A stretch of 25,930 nucleotides of DNA from a virus (taxonomy: Duplodnaviria > Caudoviricetes), in IMG/VR virus record IMGVR_UViG_3300031857_001208, positions 1 through 25,930 of that record. The stretch is one strand, 5' to 3'. A program made the position numbers and the translations under genes. A model generated the notes under the pieces. The model made no database searches and had not been told where the DNA came from. It worked only from the letters and a program-made list of their open reading frames with translations. Positions 18,901-25,242 of this stretch are shown in pieces. The first letter of the stretch is position 1. Each line of letters starts with the position of its first letter.

Positions 18901-21900
18901 TCACAGAAATTGACAATGACGATATAACATGGTTAAAAGCCGGAAATTGGGAAACAATTGAATCTGAGGGTGTCCAAGACGCTATTCAGTTTGCTGGGTT
19001 TGACAGTTTCTATGTAAAAGAGCACGGTCGCAAAAACCTTGCTGTTTACGAGCCAACCCAAATTAAGTCCGCTACTGGCAACCAAGGCACATTTGACATC
19101 AATGAACCTGATGTTCGTTTGAGCCTCAAGAAGGTTAACGAGTTATTTGACAAGGCAGAAGACATCCCTGAGTCAGAGGGTGTTGAGATCATCCGTAGCA
19201 ACTGGATCGGTGGTGTATCAGGCATTGGCGAGCGTGACTCAGCCTATGACTTGTACCGTGTAAACGGTGGCAAGAAATACATGAGCGCTGTTCAAGACTT
19301 AGTGCGTAAAGAACTTGGAGATAACTTCAAAGGCTACCGCCTGATGCATACCGACGAGTTGGAAGAGATACAGACTGGTGCTATGGGCAGTCAACTGGCA
19401 TCCTTCACCTTGCGTCCTGACATTGCACAATCGTTTGCCAACTTAGCAACGTATAGCAAAGTTCCAAAAGACAAACTAAAAGTTGTTGAAATGGACTTAA
19501 CTCCTGAGCATGTGTGGATGGTTGGTCATCCTGCAGAGCAAGAGTTGGTCATTGATTACGGTCAGGGCTACAACCCATCAGCAGTTACTGAGTACAAAGA
19601 GAAACTCAGCCTACGTTCGCTGATGCCTGACCTGCGCAGCCAGCGCCAGCCGCCAGATTCTAAAGAGTTTAAACAGTGGTTCACTGGTAGTTACTTCACG
19701 TCCAACGGCGAGCCATTGATCATGTACCACGGCACTGCCCGTGACATCACCATATTCAGAGGCAAGCAAGCCAAGGCTATTTTCATTACCACTAATCCTG
19801 TGGTGGCTGAGAACTACACAGGCATGGGTGAGGACTACATGCGTGCTGAAGCCTATAAGGCTTTGACCCGTGATGAGAAGGCTGAACTCATTTCTGTTGT
19901 GGCTGAACAGGCCGAACGTGATGGAACTATTAACAAAGACGAACTCAAAGAGATTCAAAAGAACCTCAAGAAGCGCGTGCCTGATCTCAAGAACCTGCCG
20001 TATCAGATTGAGGGCGAGATCATTGAGAGTTTAAACAACCTACTGCCTACACGCGGCAACATCATGCCCGTGTATGTCAACGCCAAGAATGTGTTTGACT
20101 ACGCTAATCCTAATGACGTGAATTTAGTCATGGACAGGCTTACCAACTACAGCAAGACATTAGGTAAAAAGGAAAACCCTGAGCAGTACTTAGCCGCTGT
20201 TAAGGGAATGATCTCCCGTGGCAACTGGCCTCGCATTGAAAGCCCTGAGGTACAAGAAGCGATCCGTGGTGCGGGCTTTGACGGGTTCTCCGTCCTAGAA
20301 GCCGGCACTAAGAATTATGCCGTCTACAACCCGACCGCCATCAAGTCTGTTACAGGAAACATTGGAACGTATGGTTTGGGCGAGGTAAGCACTGAACAAG
20401 CCGCACAGTTTGGCATGACAGCAGAGCAAGCCCGTCAGGCACAGGCAGAAGGTGACATCCGCCTCAGTCTGAAGAAAGTTCCTGTCGGCATCCCAGATAA
20501 CGTTTGGAATTTACACAACAGATATCAGGAAGCACAAGGCAACGTCGCTGAAGGCGAGATGGTCTCCCAGCGCAAGACGGCTGCAACCAAAGCGTTTAAA
20601 CGCCTAAGTGATGCTGCAGAAGCGTATACAGGCAACGAACAAGACGCACTCAAGTTAATGCAAGAGATGAATGCCATCAGCGGTATTCGTCAGGCTATGG
20701 CTGAGGACGACAAGAGTGCGTTGGATACATACAAGGTTATGTCTCCCGCCCTGTGGCGTCAGGAAACCCGCGAGAAGTTAAGCCTACGTGCCGCCACTGC
20801 ACCAGCCATGAATGCCGCAATTGACAGAACCACCTTTGTAAGGGAGGAAAAAGGTTTTGTTGAAAGGTTGATGGAAGCTATCTCTCCTCAGTCATGGTCT
20901 GACTTCCGTGCCAAGGCTTTGAACCGTTACAACGCTATGAGCGTGGCGGACAAGAAGCGTGCGCAGAAGATGGGTGGAGCCGCCCTCCTTGCTGACCAAA
21001 GCGCTGAATCAGCCGCACTCATGTCTGATCTGTCAGCGGGTGTGACAGCCTCTGTCCTAGGTGTGCATGACCGTAACGGTGGTGCTCCGGTCTTCCGTAA
21101 CGGTGTAACCACAGTTGATGGAAGCATCAAAGGTCCCGTGGCTATCTTTGCTCCGTTGGCAAGATATGGTGACCCACGCATTTATCAGATGTGGCAGTTC
21201 TATGCTGGCGCTAAACGTGCCCGTAGATACTTCAAGGACGGTAAAGAGCAGAACTACACGCCAAGCGACATGGCCTACGCCGACCAGTTAGGCCAGCAGT
21301 ACCCTGAGTTTAAACAGATATTTGACGAGTGGAATGCATTCAACAACGCACTAGTCCAGTACCAAGTGGACACAGGTGTGCTCAGTAAAGAGCGTGCAGA
21401 TGAATACCGCAAGTACTCAGACTACCTACCGTTCTACCGCCAGTTGGAAGACGAGGCAACCCTCGGTCCTAAGGTGTTCCAAAGCATCTCAGGCGTCAAG
21501 GGTCCTAAGAAGCTCAAAGGCTCAGAGGCTCCTATCGCTGACCTGATGGAGACCATCGTCCGTAACGTTCAGTCTGGCATCCAAGCCGGTATGAAGAACA
21601 CAGCGGCTCAACGTGCTATTAAGGTGTTTGAAGACATTGGTGAGGCTGTGCCTACCCACCCAACAGACACCGGACCCTCTACCGTGTATGCCTTGGTCAA
21701 CGGTGAGAAGAAGGCCTACATCGTTGCAGACCATGCGCTATACAACTCTATGCAGAGTTTAAACTTGCCTGAGTTGCCGTTCCTTGGCTTCTTCGCTGGT
21801 CCCGCTAACCTCTTGCGTAACCTAGTTACTAAAGACCCCGGATTCATGTTAGCCAACATGGTGCGTGACTCTATGTCTGCATGGGTAACTAGCGGAGTCA

Positions 21901-23330
21901 GCATGACCCCCGTAGCCTCCGCCGTCAAGAACTTCACTGGTGCGTTGCGTGGCACTGCTCCAGAATACCAAGCCCTGTTAAACGCTGGTATCTTGGGTGG
22001 CTATGAGTTCTCACAGAACGTGGAAGCAAGCGGTAAGCAACTCAGTAAAGAGTTAGCCAAGTACGGTCCGACCACAACCTTTGGCAAGATCACCAAGCCG
22101 TTTACATCCCTGTGGGGTGCGTTAGAGAAAGGCACTACAGCCTCTGACGCTGCGACCCGTATGGAGGTTTACAAGAATGTATTGGCTGAGACCGGTAATG
22201 AGGCGGAAGCCCTGTACCGTGCGCTTGAGGTGATGAACTTCAACCGTAAGGGTAACTCAGCGGTCGTCCGCATCCTGACTGCCGCCGTGCCGTTCCTGAA
22301 TGCACGCATGCAAGGTCTAGATGTTCTTTACCGTGCGTCATTTGGTCAAATGGCTACGCAAGACGCAAAAGCAATTCAGAAGTCGTTCTTCATTAGGGGG
22401 GCAACTATCATGGCTATGTCCATGATGTACTGGGCGCTGACCCATGATGAAGAAGATTACATGAAACAGGAACAGGAAACCCGTGACAACTACTGGTTAA
22501 TACCTAGTCTCGGCATCAAGATTCCTATTCCGTTTGAGGTGGGCGTTATCTTCAAGGTGATCCCTGAGCGTATCGCTGAGTATGCCTTTGGCAACGACAC
22601 AGGCAAGGACTTTGCCGATGCCATGAAGCGTAACTTCACAAACACCTTTGCGTTTAACCCAATCCCTCAGACCATCCTTCCGTTGGTTGAGGCTAGGACC
22701 GACCACTCATTCTTCACCGGACGAGCCATCCTTAGTAAGGGACTAGAAGGCGTGGCTCCTGAGTACCAAATAGGACCCAACACCTCGCGCATGGCGCAGT
22801 TCTTTGCCAGTTTGACAAGCGGTATGACGGCACTCCCTGATTTCCTCCGCTCACCAGCAATGATTGATCACATCATCGGTGGCTACACAGGAACGTTTGG
22901 CATGTATGCCGTAGACGCTGTGGATGCGATTGTCAGTGCTAATAGTGATGTACCTAAGGCGTCTAAACGTTTTGAGCAGATGCCCGTACTGCGCAGGTTC
23001 TTGCTTGACCCTGAGGCACGTGGCAACGTTACGGCGTACTACGACCTCAAGAACGCAACCGACGAGGTGGTCAGGACATCTAACTTCCTTGAACGCACCA
23101 TGAACTTTGAGAACTTCGCGGACTACAGCCAAGACACCATAAAGATGTTAGCAAGCGCTGACTTCGTTAAGTCTATGGACAAGGACATGAAGGAGTTAAA
23201 CGACGTAATCGGCGTCATAAGGAACTCCAGCATGAGTTCTGATGAGAAGCGGGATGCCCTGTTGTCCCTCAATCAGGCTCAGAACAACCTGACTGCCAAC
23301 ATTAAGTTGATTAAGAAATCACTTGACTGA
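12990..23330 (+). CDS. Giant polyvalent virion protein (zincin, GP88-like, ParB-like and several ADP-ribosyltransferase-like domains, LPD38-like C-terminus)
   Basis: 3446-aa uninterrupted ORF with a GGAG RBS, last gene of the structural block. Domain motifs are listed in the sub-features below. Confidence 0.85.
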   Translation: MPIYKIQAPDGNIYRIEGPAGANPEDLFRTVAEQRPMAAKTTEELQAEKSAPTSISDLARTAGSSFVGAGKSLVDVFGAGSDISSYLGDVAQKLEQGKTPERLAEMARRAELSKRAEKEGTWAQIKSGLAGVAEAPLESVVGGVFSSAPTIAAGAAALAALPASAPAAIAVGVQRASRILMSAAQGTGEVKGDIHESIKNAYKEKNPNMPPEEVERLATEAQAYTLKNAPLLIGGAAFGAIDAVTGFEKSTSQALKNALSPNKTAFTKEGLQSAIANLPKKAVEAPTYLGQAVKTGIGESIPEGLQGGYGQLAQNVAMSQAGFETPTFQGVAGAAARDALVGALTGTAMSPLSHSVANAEFQADKYLRGVQAQQQFDKEREEFAKTQEQTKENLGVNKTLMLGYEPPAEEEKYTNPAATIKKNELMADEVKFVDTYRKQNGLPPLKSYSIEDIKDAMPNVDPAGEQGRIDSILAAKYGYKPVDDNTGKPVNYTADDVISAAEDEKNVATGTKGFNDFLTRTTGSSDLNTMTQPQLFAAYSAIKQMPESTEKVILPEGTGASRFTDKQYKKAVSWFGQTFESVDNKPLSRDTIIGDIQEATGLEQKQDAEALLDTAVKNGDLAETEERVFRTYDANDKLVSTYRDKEKAAAAAKKQGLNVREETLRQMMPPPAAEPAKRANLPEGYAMSKETIKEGEVPVGFDIFPEGKGKALFTVPTSEAVQEKIDQLIPARKKEAARYLSYMDRDKATLQKARDSLVSMEARGEVGSQAYELAKTKLAKQERVLGNRILKSMERITDYEQPLISRPSEKKKQITREKITVTKQGKFLGSFPDNVKAQEAILVQMSDQELADTASDGRLGAIADRAAKEIERRKSPTGIMVRRTPKAKEELPPLSPELTAVADEISKKLVPILQRMGLGDVGFKIVQSIKNGGEGSYTKNLIQLAIDAEKPLEVMHHESLHALKDLGFFTPQQWSTLENQAQKSWITKYLKNVQVEVEIDGVKQTMSRYDAYVALKYTPEDIVEEAIADAFADFATSKPPGGMIASIMKRLNDLFKAIKNAFNRSGFESAEDIFTKAQRGELKPSNWKATPEVKAQADAYDQQNGILPYTSEGQIKIPLEGEGQKLSLKKAYSEKDVAREQRKQEAGKKFKVLKNDPITGLPLNQDGTVTLYYPTTNEGARELARTKKLVGHSPTANRIYLTNESSAPEVAKNPSMIEQPLGGANVMLQIDPSFLHPLEDHDKSGRRDFFIPIAEGQAFANKARLTKLFTLDAPRTKGLHPDRTLAQVQDAITDTVAKWKNASAQERRLMASQAKATLIAQHNVTRLFGANSKLEKTNIGDYGLTFNGKKVMSTGLGFASAQKINDQQLASTCPKSAICEALCLGETSGQNLLYGGEGEFRSGPRLSQYLKTEALIVNPEAFTVAMIRQIEAFRNAAKAAGKEDGEAGYQPAIRLNVTSDFKPATFEAIINMFPDVMFYDYTKLETKPIAPNHHLTYSSTGASQVVGNKVIYNKESNWDNMVKKFLSNGKNVAMAFTSRNAMPKFVMDERTGKTFEVWNGDEYDARFLDPSREDGAGLIIGLTNKDNTTKPEDAAEKHKGFFLDYDPARDGDTLIIRNQDSLKPGAPVEFKRKEKLSLRSARGMFEDGLIQEVPNYKGREKVIELPIKDFLRLAQEGEVKGKQSDIEDLFKAGTKLNSLPLLMAYNNQKGDLKVQGHEGRHRARALLGQGYDTMPVRFLTSIRWSEQNDPTNFDYEKNWPSKVISEDSDDISIPMPVSREQSMEPYSSEKLSLRKAPDTPAFKRWFGKSKIVNPDGTPKVMYHGTSRDIGAFKPKQAGAIFLTDDSDFAARFSQRSTDFMLNEIAKGIDSKPDEKRALITRLVDDAVANKKLATKENSNGLFDTTREEHIEEFMNRPLSQSMGTVGIGNALTQELSDRMPSGQNIMPVYVKAENTFDYENPRHIKKIIDHFTEIDNDDITWLKAGNWETIESEGVQDAIQFAGFDSFYVKEHGRKNLAVYEPTQIKSATGNQGTFDINEPDVRLSLKKVNELFDKAEDIPESEGVEIIRSNWIGGVSGIGERDSAYDLYRVNGGKKYMSAVQDLVRKELGDNFKGYRLMHTDELEEIQTGAMGSQLASFTLRPDIAQSFANLATYSKVPKDKLKVVEMDLTPEHVWMVGHPAEQELVIDYGQGYNPSAVTEYKEKLSLRSLMPDLRSQRQPPDSKEFKQWFTGSYFTSNGEPLIMYHGTARDITIFRGKQAKAIFITTNPVVAENYTGMGEDYMRAEAYKALTRDEKAELISVVAEQAERDGTINKDELKEIQKNLKKRVPDLKNLPYQIEGEIIESLNNLLPTRGNIMPVYVNAKNVFDYANPNDVNLVMDRLTNYSKTLGKKENPEQYLAAVKGMISRGNWPRIESPEVQEAIRGAGFDGFSVLEAGTKNYAVYNPTAIKSVTGNIGTYGLGEVSTEQAAQFGMTAEQARQAQAEGDIRLSLKKVPVGIPDNVWNLHNRYQEAQGNVAEGEMVSQRKTAATKAFKRLSDAAEAYTGNEQDALKLMQEMNAISGIRQAMAEDDKSALDTYKVMSPALWRQETREKLSLRAATAPAMNAAIDRTTFVREEKGFVERLMEAISPQSWSDFRAKALNRYNAMSVADKKRAQKMGGAALLADQSAESAALMSDLSAGVTASVLGVHDRNGGAPVFRNGVTTVDGSIKGPVAIFAPLARYGDPRIYQMWQFYAGAKRARRYFKDGKEQNYTPSDMAYADQLGQQYPEFKQIFDEWNAFNNALVQYQVDTGVLSKERADEYRKYSDYLPFYRQLEDEATLGPKVFQSISGVKGPKKLKGSEAPIADLMETIVRNVQSGIQAGMKNTAAQRAIKVFEDIGEAVPTHPTDTGPSTVYALVNGEKKAYIVADHALYNSMQSLNLPELPFLGFFAGPANLLRNLVTKDPGFMLANMVRDSMSAWVTSGVSMTPVASAVKNFTGALRGTAPEYQALLNAGILGGYEFSQNVEASGKQLSKELAKYGPTTTFGKITKPFTSLWGALEKGTTASDAATRMEVYKNVLAETGNEAEALYRALEVMNFNRKGNSAVVRILTAAVPFLNARMQGLDVLYRASFGQMATQDAKAIQKSFFIRGATIMAMSMMYWALTHDEEDYMKQEQETRDNYWLIPSLGIKIPIPFEVGVIFKVIPERIAEYAFGNDTGKDFADAMKRNFTNTFAFNPIPQTILPLVEARTDHSFFTGRAILSKGLEGVAPEYQIGPNTSRMAQFFASLTSGMTALPDFLRSPAMIDHIIGGYTGTFGMYAVDAVDAIVSANSDVPKASKRFEQMPVLRRFLLDPEARGNVTAYYDLKNATDEVVRTSNFLERTMNFENFADYSQDTIKMLASADFVKSMDKDMKELNDVIGVIRNSSMSSDEKRDALLSLNQAQNNLTANIKLIKKSLD
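15700..16230 (+). other. Zincin metallopeptidase (MPTase-like) domain of the giant protein; boundaries approximate
   Basis: HESLH (HExxH, aa 957-961, nt 15858-15872) and a downstream EEAIADAF third-ligand helix. Confidence 0.75.
16950..17850 (+). other. GP88-like (radical-SAM-related) domain; boundaries approximate
   Basis: NSKLEK, CPKSAICEALC (C-x5-C-x3-C, nt 17106-17138), IRLNVTSD, FYDYTK, HLTYS, NVAMAF and GDEYDARFLD. Confidence 0.7.
17892..18353 (+). other. ParB/Sulfiredoxin-like domain
   Basis: PLL...LKVQGHEGRHRARAL...MPV matches the ParB-N [DE]GxHR motif (nt 18135-18155). Confidence 0.7.
18357..19115 (+). other. ART-PolyVal-like ADP-ribosyltransferase domain, copy 1
   Basis: FKRWFGKSKIVNPDGTPKVMYHGT, AIFLT, NIMPVYV, GFDS and AVYEPTQIKSATGNQGTF. 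Confidence 0.75.
19116..19598 (+). other. Probable R-S-E type ADP-ribosyltransferase domain
   Basis: GYR (19332-19340), ASFT (S at 19401) and EQELVI (19536-19553) occur in the expected order and spacing. Confidence 0.55.
19602..20459 (+). other. ART-PolyVal-like ADP-ribosyltransferase domain, copy 2
   Basis: FKQWF...GEPLIMYHGTARDI, AIFIT, NIMPVYV, GFDG and AVYNPTAIKSVTGNIGTY. Colinear paralogue of copy 1. Confidence 0.75.
20775..23330 (+). other. Conserved C-terminal region containing an LPD38-like domain
   Basis: YLPFYR, PGFMLANMVRD, MNFNRKG...VPFLNARMQG and DNYWLIP..KIPIPFEVG motifs, typical of the C-termini of large polyvalent proteins. Confidence 0.7.
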
Positions 23331-23606
23331 TAGGTGATCCATCTCAAAGAGCCAGCCTACCGTCCTTCGGTGGGCTTCCTCCCATGCGTTTAAACGCTCC
23401 TGTTTAGACATCTTGTTACCTTGGTCTATTGCCGCGTGGCAGGTATAACAAAGGGCGGCTATACGGTAGTCAGGGGCTTTGATGCCCCTTCCCTTTCCGT
23501 CACGTAATTGGTTAGAGTGCGCGGCTACTACAGTGCCGTCTTGCCTTGAACATATCTGACAGGGTGACTCTCTGACGATCTCTAAGAGTTTCTTATTCCG
23601 GTACAT
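23319..23606 (-). CDS. DUF1364/YbcO-like zinc-binding putative HNH-type nuclease
   Basis: CQIC...TVVAAHSN...GKGRGIKAPD..IAALCYTCHAAID. Overlaps the giant gene's 3' end by 12 bp. Confidence 0.8.
   Translation of the reverse strand: MYRNKKLLEIVRESPCQICSRQDGTVVAAHSNQLRDGKGRGIKAPDYRIAALCYTCHAAIDQGNKMSKQERLNAWEEAHRRTVGWLFEMDHLSVK
23354..23376 (+). terminator. Possible hairpin just downstream of the giant gene
   Basis: AGCCTACCG-TCCTT-CGGTGGGCT forms a 9-bp stem with one G.U pair, 23 nt after the stop. It lacks a proper U-tract and lies inside the convergent ORF. Confidence 0.25.
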
Positions 23607-23769
23607 GTATAAGTGTATGGATTAAAGCGCTATTCCAAGCCGCACGCCAGACTTCGTATGACCAGCCGCCGTCGTCCTCAAAGGCAAGCGAGCCTATAAA
23701 GTCACAATATGCCTGTTTACACGCTGAGTCCAGCAGCGGCAGCGTCACGTTGTCATTCGGGTCTTGCAT
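23593..23769 (-). CDS. 58-aa hypothetical protein (not in ORF track)
   Basis: GGAGG RBS then ATG. Translates MQDPNDNVTLPLLDSACKQAYCDFIGSLAFEDDGGWSYEVWRAAWNSALIHTLIHVPE and fills the gap between its neighbours. Confidence 0.65.
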   Translation of the reverse strand: MQDPNDNVTLPLLDSACKQAYCDFIGSLAFEDDGGWSYEVWRAAWNSALIHTLIHVPE

Positions 23770-24145
23770 GTTGAGCCTCCGCCTGTTGGACTTTGTACCA
23801 CTTAATCCTAGACCTCATAATCCGTAGATCACGTTCTGCAAGGAATGGAATCTTAGTGTTCTCAGGAGCCGTTTCAGCAAACGCACGGTTCTCCAGATGA
23901 AAGATGAACGACCCCGGATCAATCCCCACCAAATAAGCATAGCGTTTAAACGGGCTTGTGTCGTCGTAGAAGAACTTTAAACTCTCATACGCATGGGCAT
24001 TGAAGTTCTTACCGTAGTGCTTCTCTTGGGATGTTGGGCTAATGGCAATGTCTTTTAGGGACTGTGCAATCACAGACGCCAGCAACCTAGCGCACCGTTT
24101 TGTTTGCTCATCCACGCCATCTTGTGTGCTTGTGAAGTCAACCAT
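23753..24145 (-). CDS. Hypothetical protein (130 aa)
   Basis: TAATG-coupled to the upstream gene with an AGGAG RBS. Contains an RLLASVIAQSLKD helix. Confidence 0.75.
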   Translation of the reverse strand: MVDFTSTQDGVDEQTKRCARLLASVIAQSLKDIAISPTSQEKHYGKNFNAHAYESLKFFYDDTSPFKRYAYLVGIDPGSFIFHLENRAFAETAPENTKIPFLAERDLRIMRSRIKWYKVQQAEAQHARPE

Positions 24146-24378
24146 TATTCCATCTCCTTTAGTTTTTTCATTGCTTTCCAGAAGTCGCCAGTGACTGGGT
24201 CGCCGCCATCGTCTATGCGTTTACACACATCTGCGGCCTGCTCTACGGCATCTGTTAAAAACACATAGGCCTTAGACCCATGCTCAAACCCCATCTCGTA
24301 AGCATTAATCATGGCAGTGACGGTGTTCTCATCACACCCAACACTGCGTAGTAAGGTGGTCATTTCATTTAGTTTCAT
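24145..24378 (-). CDS. Hypothetical protein (77 aa)
   Basis: ATGA-coupled member of the small-gene array. Confidence 0.7.
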   Translation of the reverse strand: MKLNEMTTLLRSVGCDENTVTAMINAYEMGFEHGSKAYVFLTDAVEQAADVCKRIDDGGDPVTGDFWKAMKKLKEME

Positions 24379-24476
24379 TGGTCACTGCTCATCATTAGGA
24401 TTGCCACAATGATTGCGACGGCAATAAAGCCACCGAGGAGCAATAGGAAAACAGTCCAAATAATAGATTCAAGCAT
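24375..24476 (-). CDS. 33-aa single-pass membrane peptide (not in ORF track)
   Basis: AGGAG RBS. Translates MLESIIWTVFLLLLGGFIAVAIIVAILMMSSDQ, and its stop overlaps the next ATG. Confidence 0.7.
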   Translation of the reverse strand: MLESIIWTVFLLLLGGFIAVAIIVAILMMSSDQ

Positions 24477-24684
24477 CTTTAACTCCTAGTTCTTTAAGTT
24501 TCTCTTCCAATCTACGAATGCGTTGGCGGTTGTACTCAACCACGCTCGTTGCATACTCAAGCGACTTCTCCGCTTGCATCTTAGATAGATACGCATCCCG
24601 CATCTCAATGTCAATGAGTTCTTTCATTGTTCTTGGTCGCAGCATATCTTTGATAAAAGTCACTATGGTTTCTCGTTTAGTCAT
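24469..24684 (-). CDS. Hypothetical coiled-coil protein (71 aa)
   Basis: AAGGAG RBS, ATGA overlap, and a KMQAEKSLEYATSVVEYNRQRIRRLEEKL heptad pattern. Confidence 0.75.
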   Translation of the reverse strand: MTKRETIVTFIKDMLRPRTMKELIDIEMRDAYLSKMQAEKSLEYATSVVEYNRQRIRRLEEKLKELGVKDA

Positions 24685-24854
24685 GTGTTCTCCTTGGCGT
24701 CATCATCCATTTCTTTAAGCATGTGACTCAAAGCCATCATCTGTTTGCTTTTCTCCATACGTTGCGCATGGAGCACATCCATTGCTTCGCTCAATGCTCT
24801 AGATGCCCCATACAGTTCAAGAATTTCGTCTTTGATTTCTTGCTTGGTTTTCAT
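24681..24854 (-). CDS. 57-aa hypothetical helical protein (not in ORF track)
   Basis: AAGGAG RBS. Translates MKTKQEIKDEILELYGASRALSEAMDVLHAQRMEKSKQMMALSHMLKEMDDDAKENT, with ATGA overlaps at both ends. Confidence 0.75.
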   Translation of the reverse strand: MKTKQEIKDEILELYGASRALSEAMDVLHAQRMEKSKQMMALSHMLKEMDDDAKENT

Positions 24855-25066
24855 GTGTTGCGCTCCTTCAATGCTTGTTCAATCGCTTTGGCAAATGCAA
24901 TTTGTCCGTCAGGCATAGACCCGCCACGGTGTGTTTTCAAAGTCTCTGTATAAATATCTAGGATTGTTGTTGGGTGCAGTCCAACCCAAGGCTTCTTGTA
25001 CTCTTGGATGTCATCGTCATCTTCTACTCTGCGGTGTGGGACTGATATACCTATGTGTCTAGTCAT
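24851..25066 (-). CDS. Hypothetical protein with a WVGL...IExxLKExN module (71 aa)
   Basis: Start reassigned to the ATG at 25066 (AAGGA RBS, ATGA overlap). Contains KKPWVGL and FAKAIEQALKERNT. Confidence 0.7.
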   Translation of the reverse strand: MTRHIGISVPHRRVEDDDDIQEYKKPWVGLHPTTILDIYTETLKTHRGGSMPDGQIAFAKAIEQALKERNT

Positions 25067-25242
25067 GCTTGTTTCCTTTTCCAGTTGTCCCACTTTTCTC
25101 CAAACAATTCATCACCCATAGCCCACTGCAAGAGCATGGTGTACATGAGGTTACATTCACCGTTAGCTTCATAAGACCGCTCTGCCCAGTACAAAGAATT
25201 GTTCTTTGCGCCTTCTATGTATTCCTCTCTAGTTTGGCTCAT
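25063..25242 (-). CDS. 59-aa hypothetical protein (not in ORF track)
   Basis: Translates MSQTREEYIEGAKNNSLYWAERSYEANGECNLMYTMLLQWAMGDELFGEKWDNWKRKQA, with ATGA overlaps at both ends. Confidence 0.7.
   Translation of the reverse strand: MSQTREEYIEGAKNNSLYWAERSYEANGECNLMYTMLLQWAMGDELFGEKWDNWKRKQA

Larger units (their letters stand above)
8989..23951. repeat. Dispersed palindromic octamer GTTTAAAC, 17 copies
   Basis: Starts at 8989, 9107, 10627, 12200, 12963, 14956, 16138, 17350, 17876, 18392, 19667, 20029, 20594, 21308, 21757, 23388 and 23944 (manual count). Confidence 0.9.

Noticed and set aside
87-23132. Numerous antisense and alternate-frame ORFs in the track (e.g. 500-988, 2078-2551, 4370-4729, 18251-18805)
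   Set aside because: They are shadows of longer, coupled + strand genes and have no recognisable motifs.
12990-23330. Inteins or a virion RNA polymerase explaining the size of the giant ORF
   Set aside because: I saw no intein splice-junction or LAGLIDADG motifs and no recognisable RNA polymerase catalytic motif.
8989-23951. GTTTAAAC as a PmeI cloning or assembly artefact
   Set aside because: Copies are embedded in intact reading frames, including conserved motifs such as FKRWF and IRLNVTSD, with no vector or adapter sequence around them.
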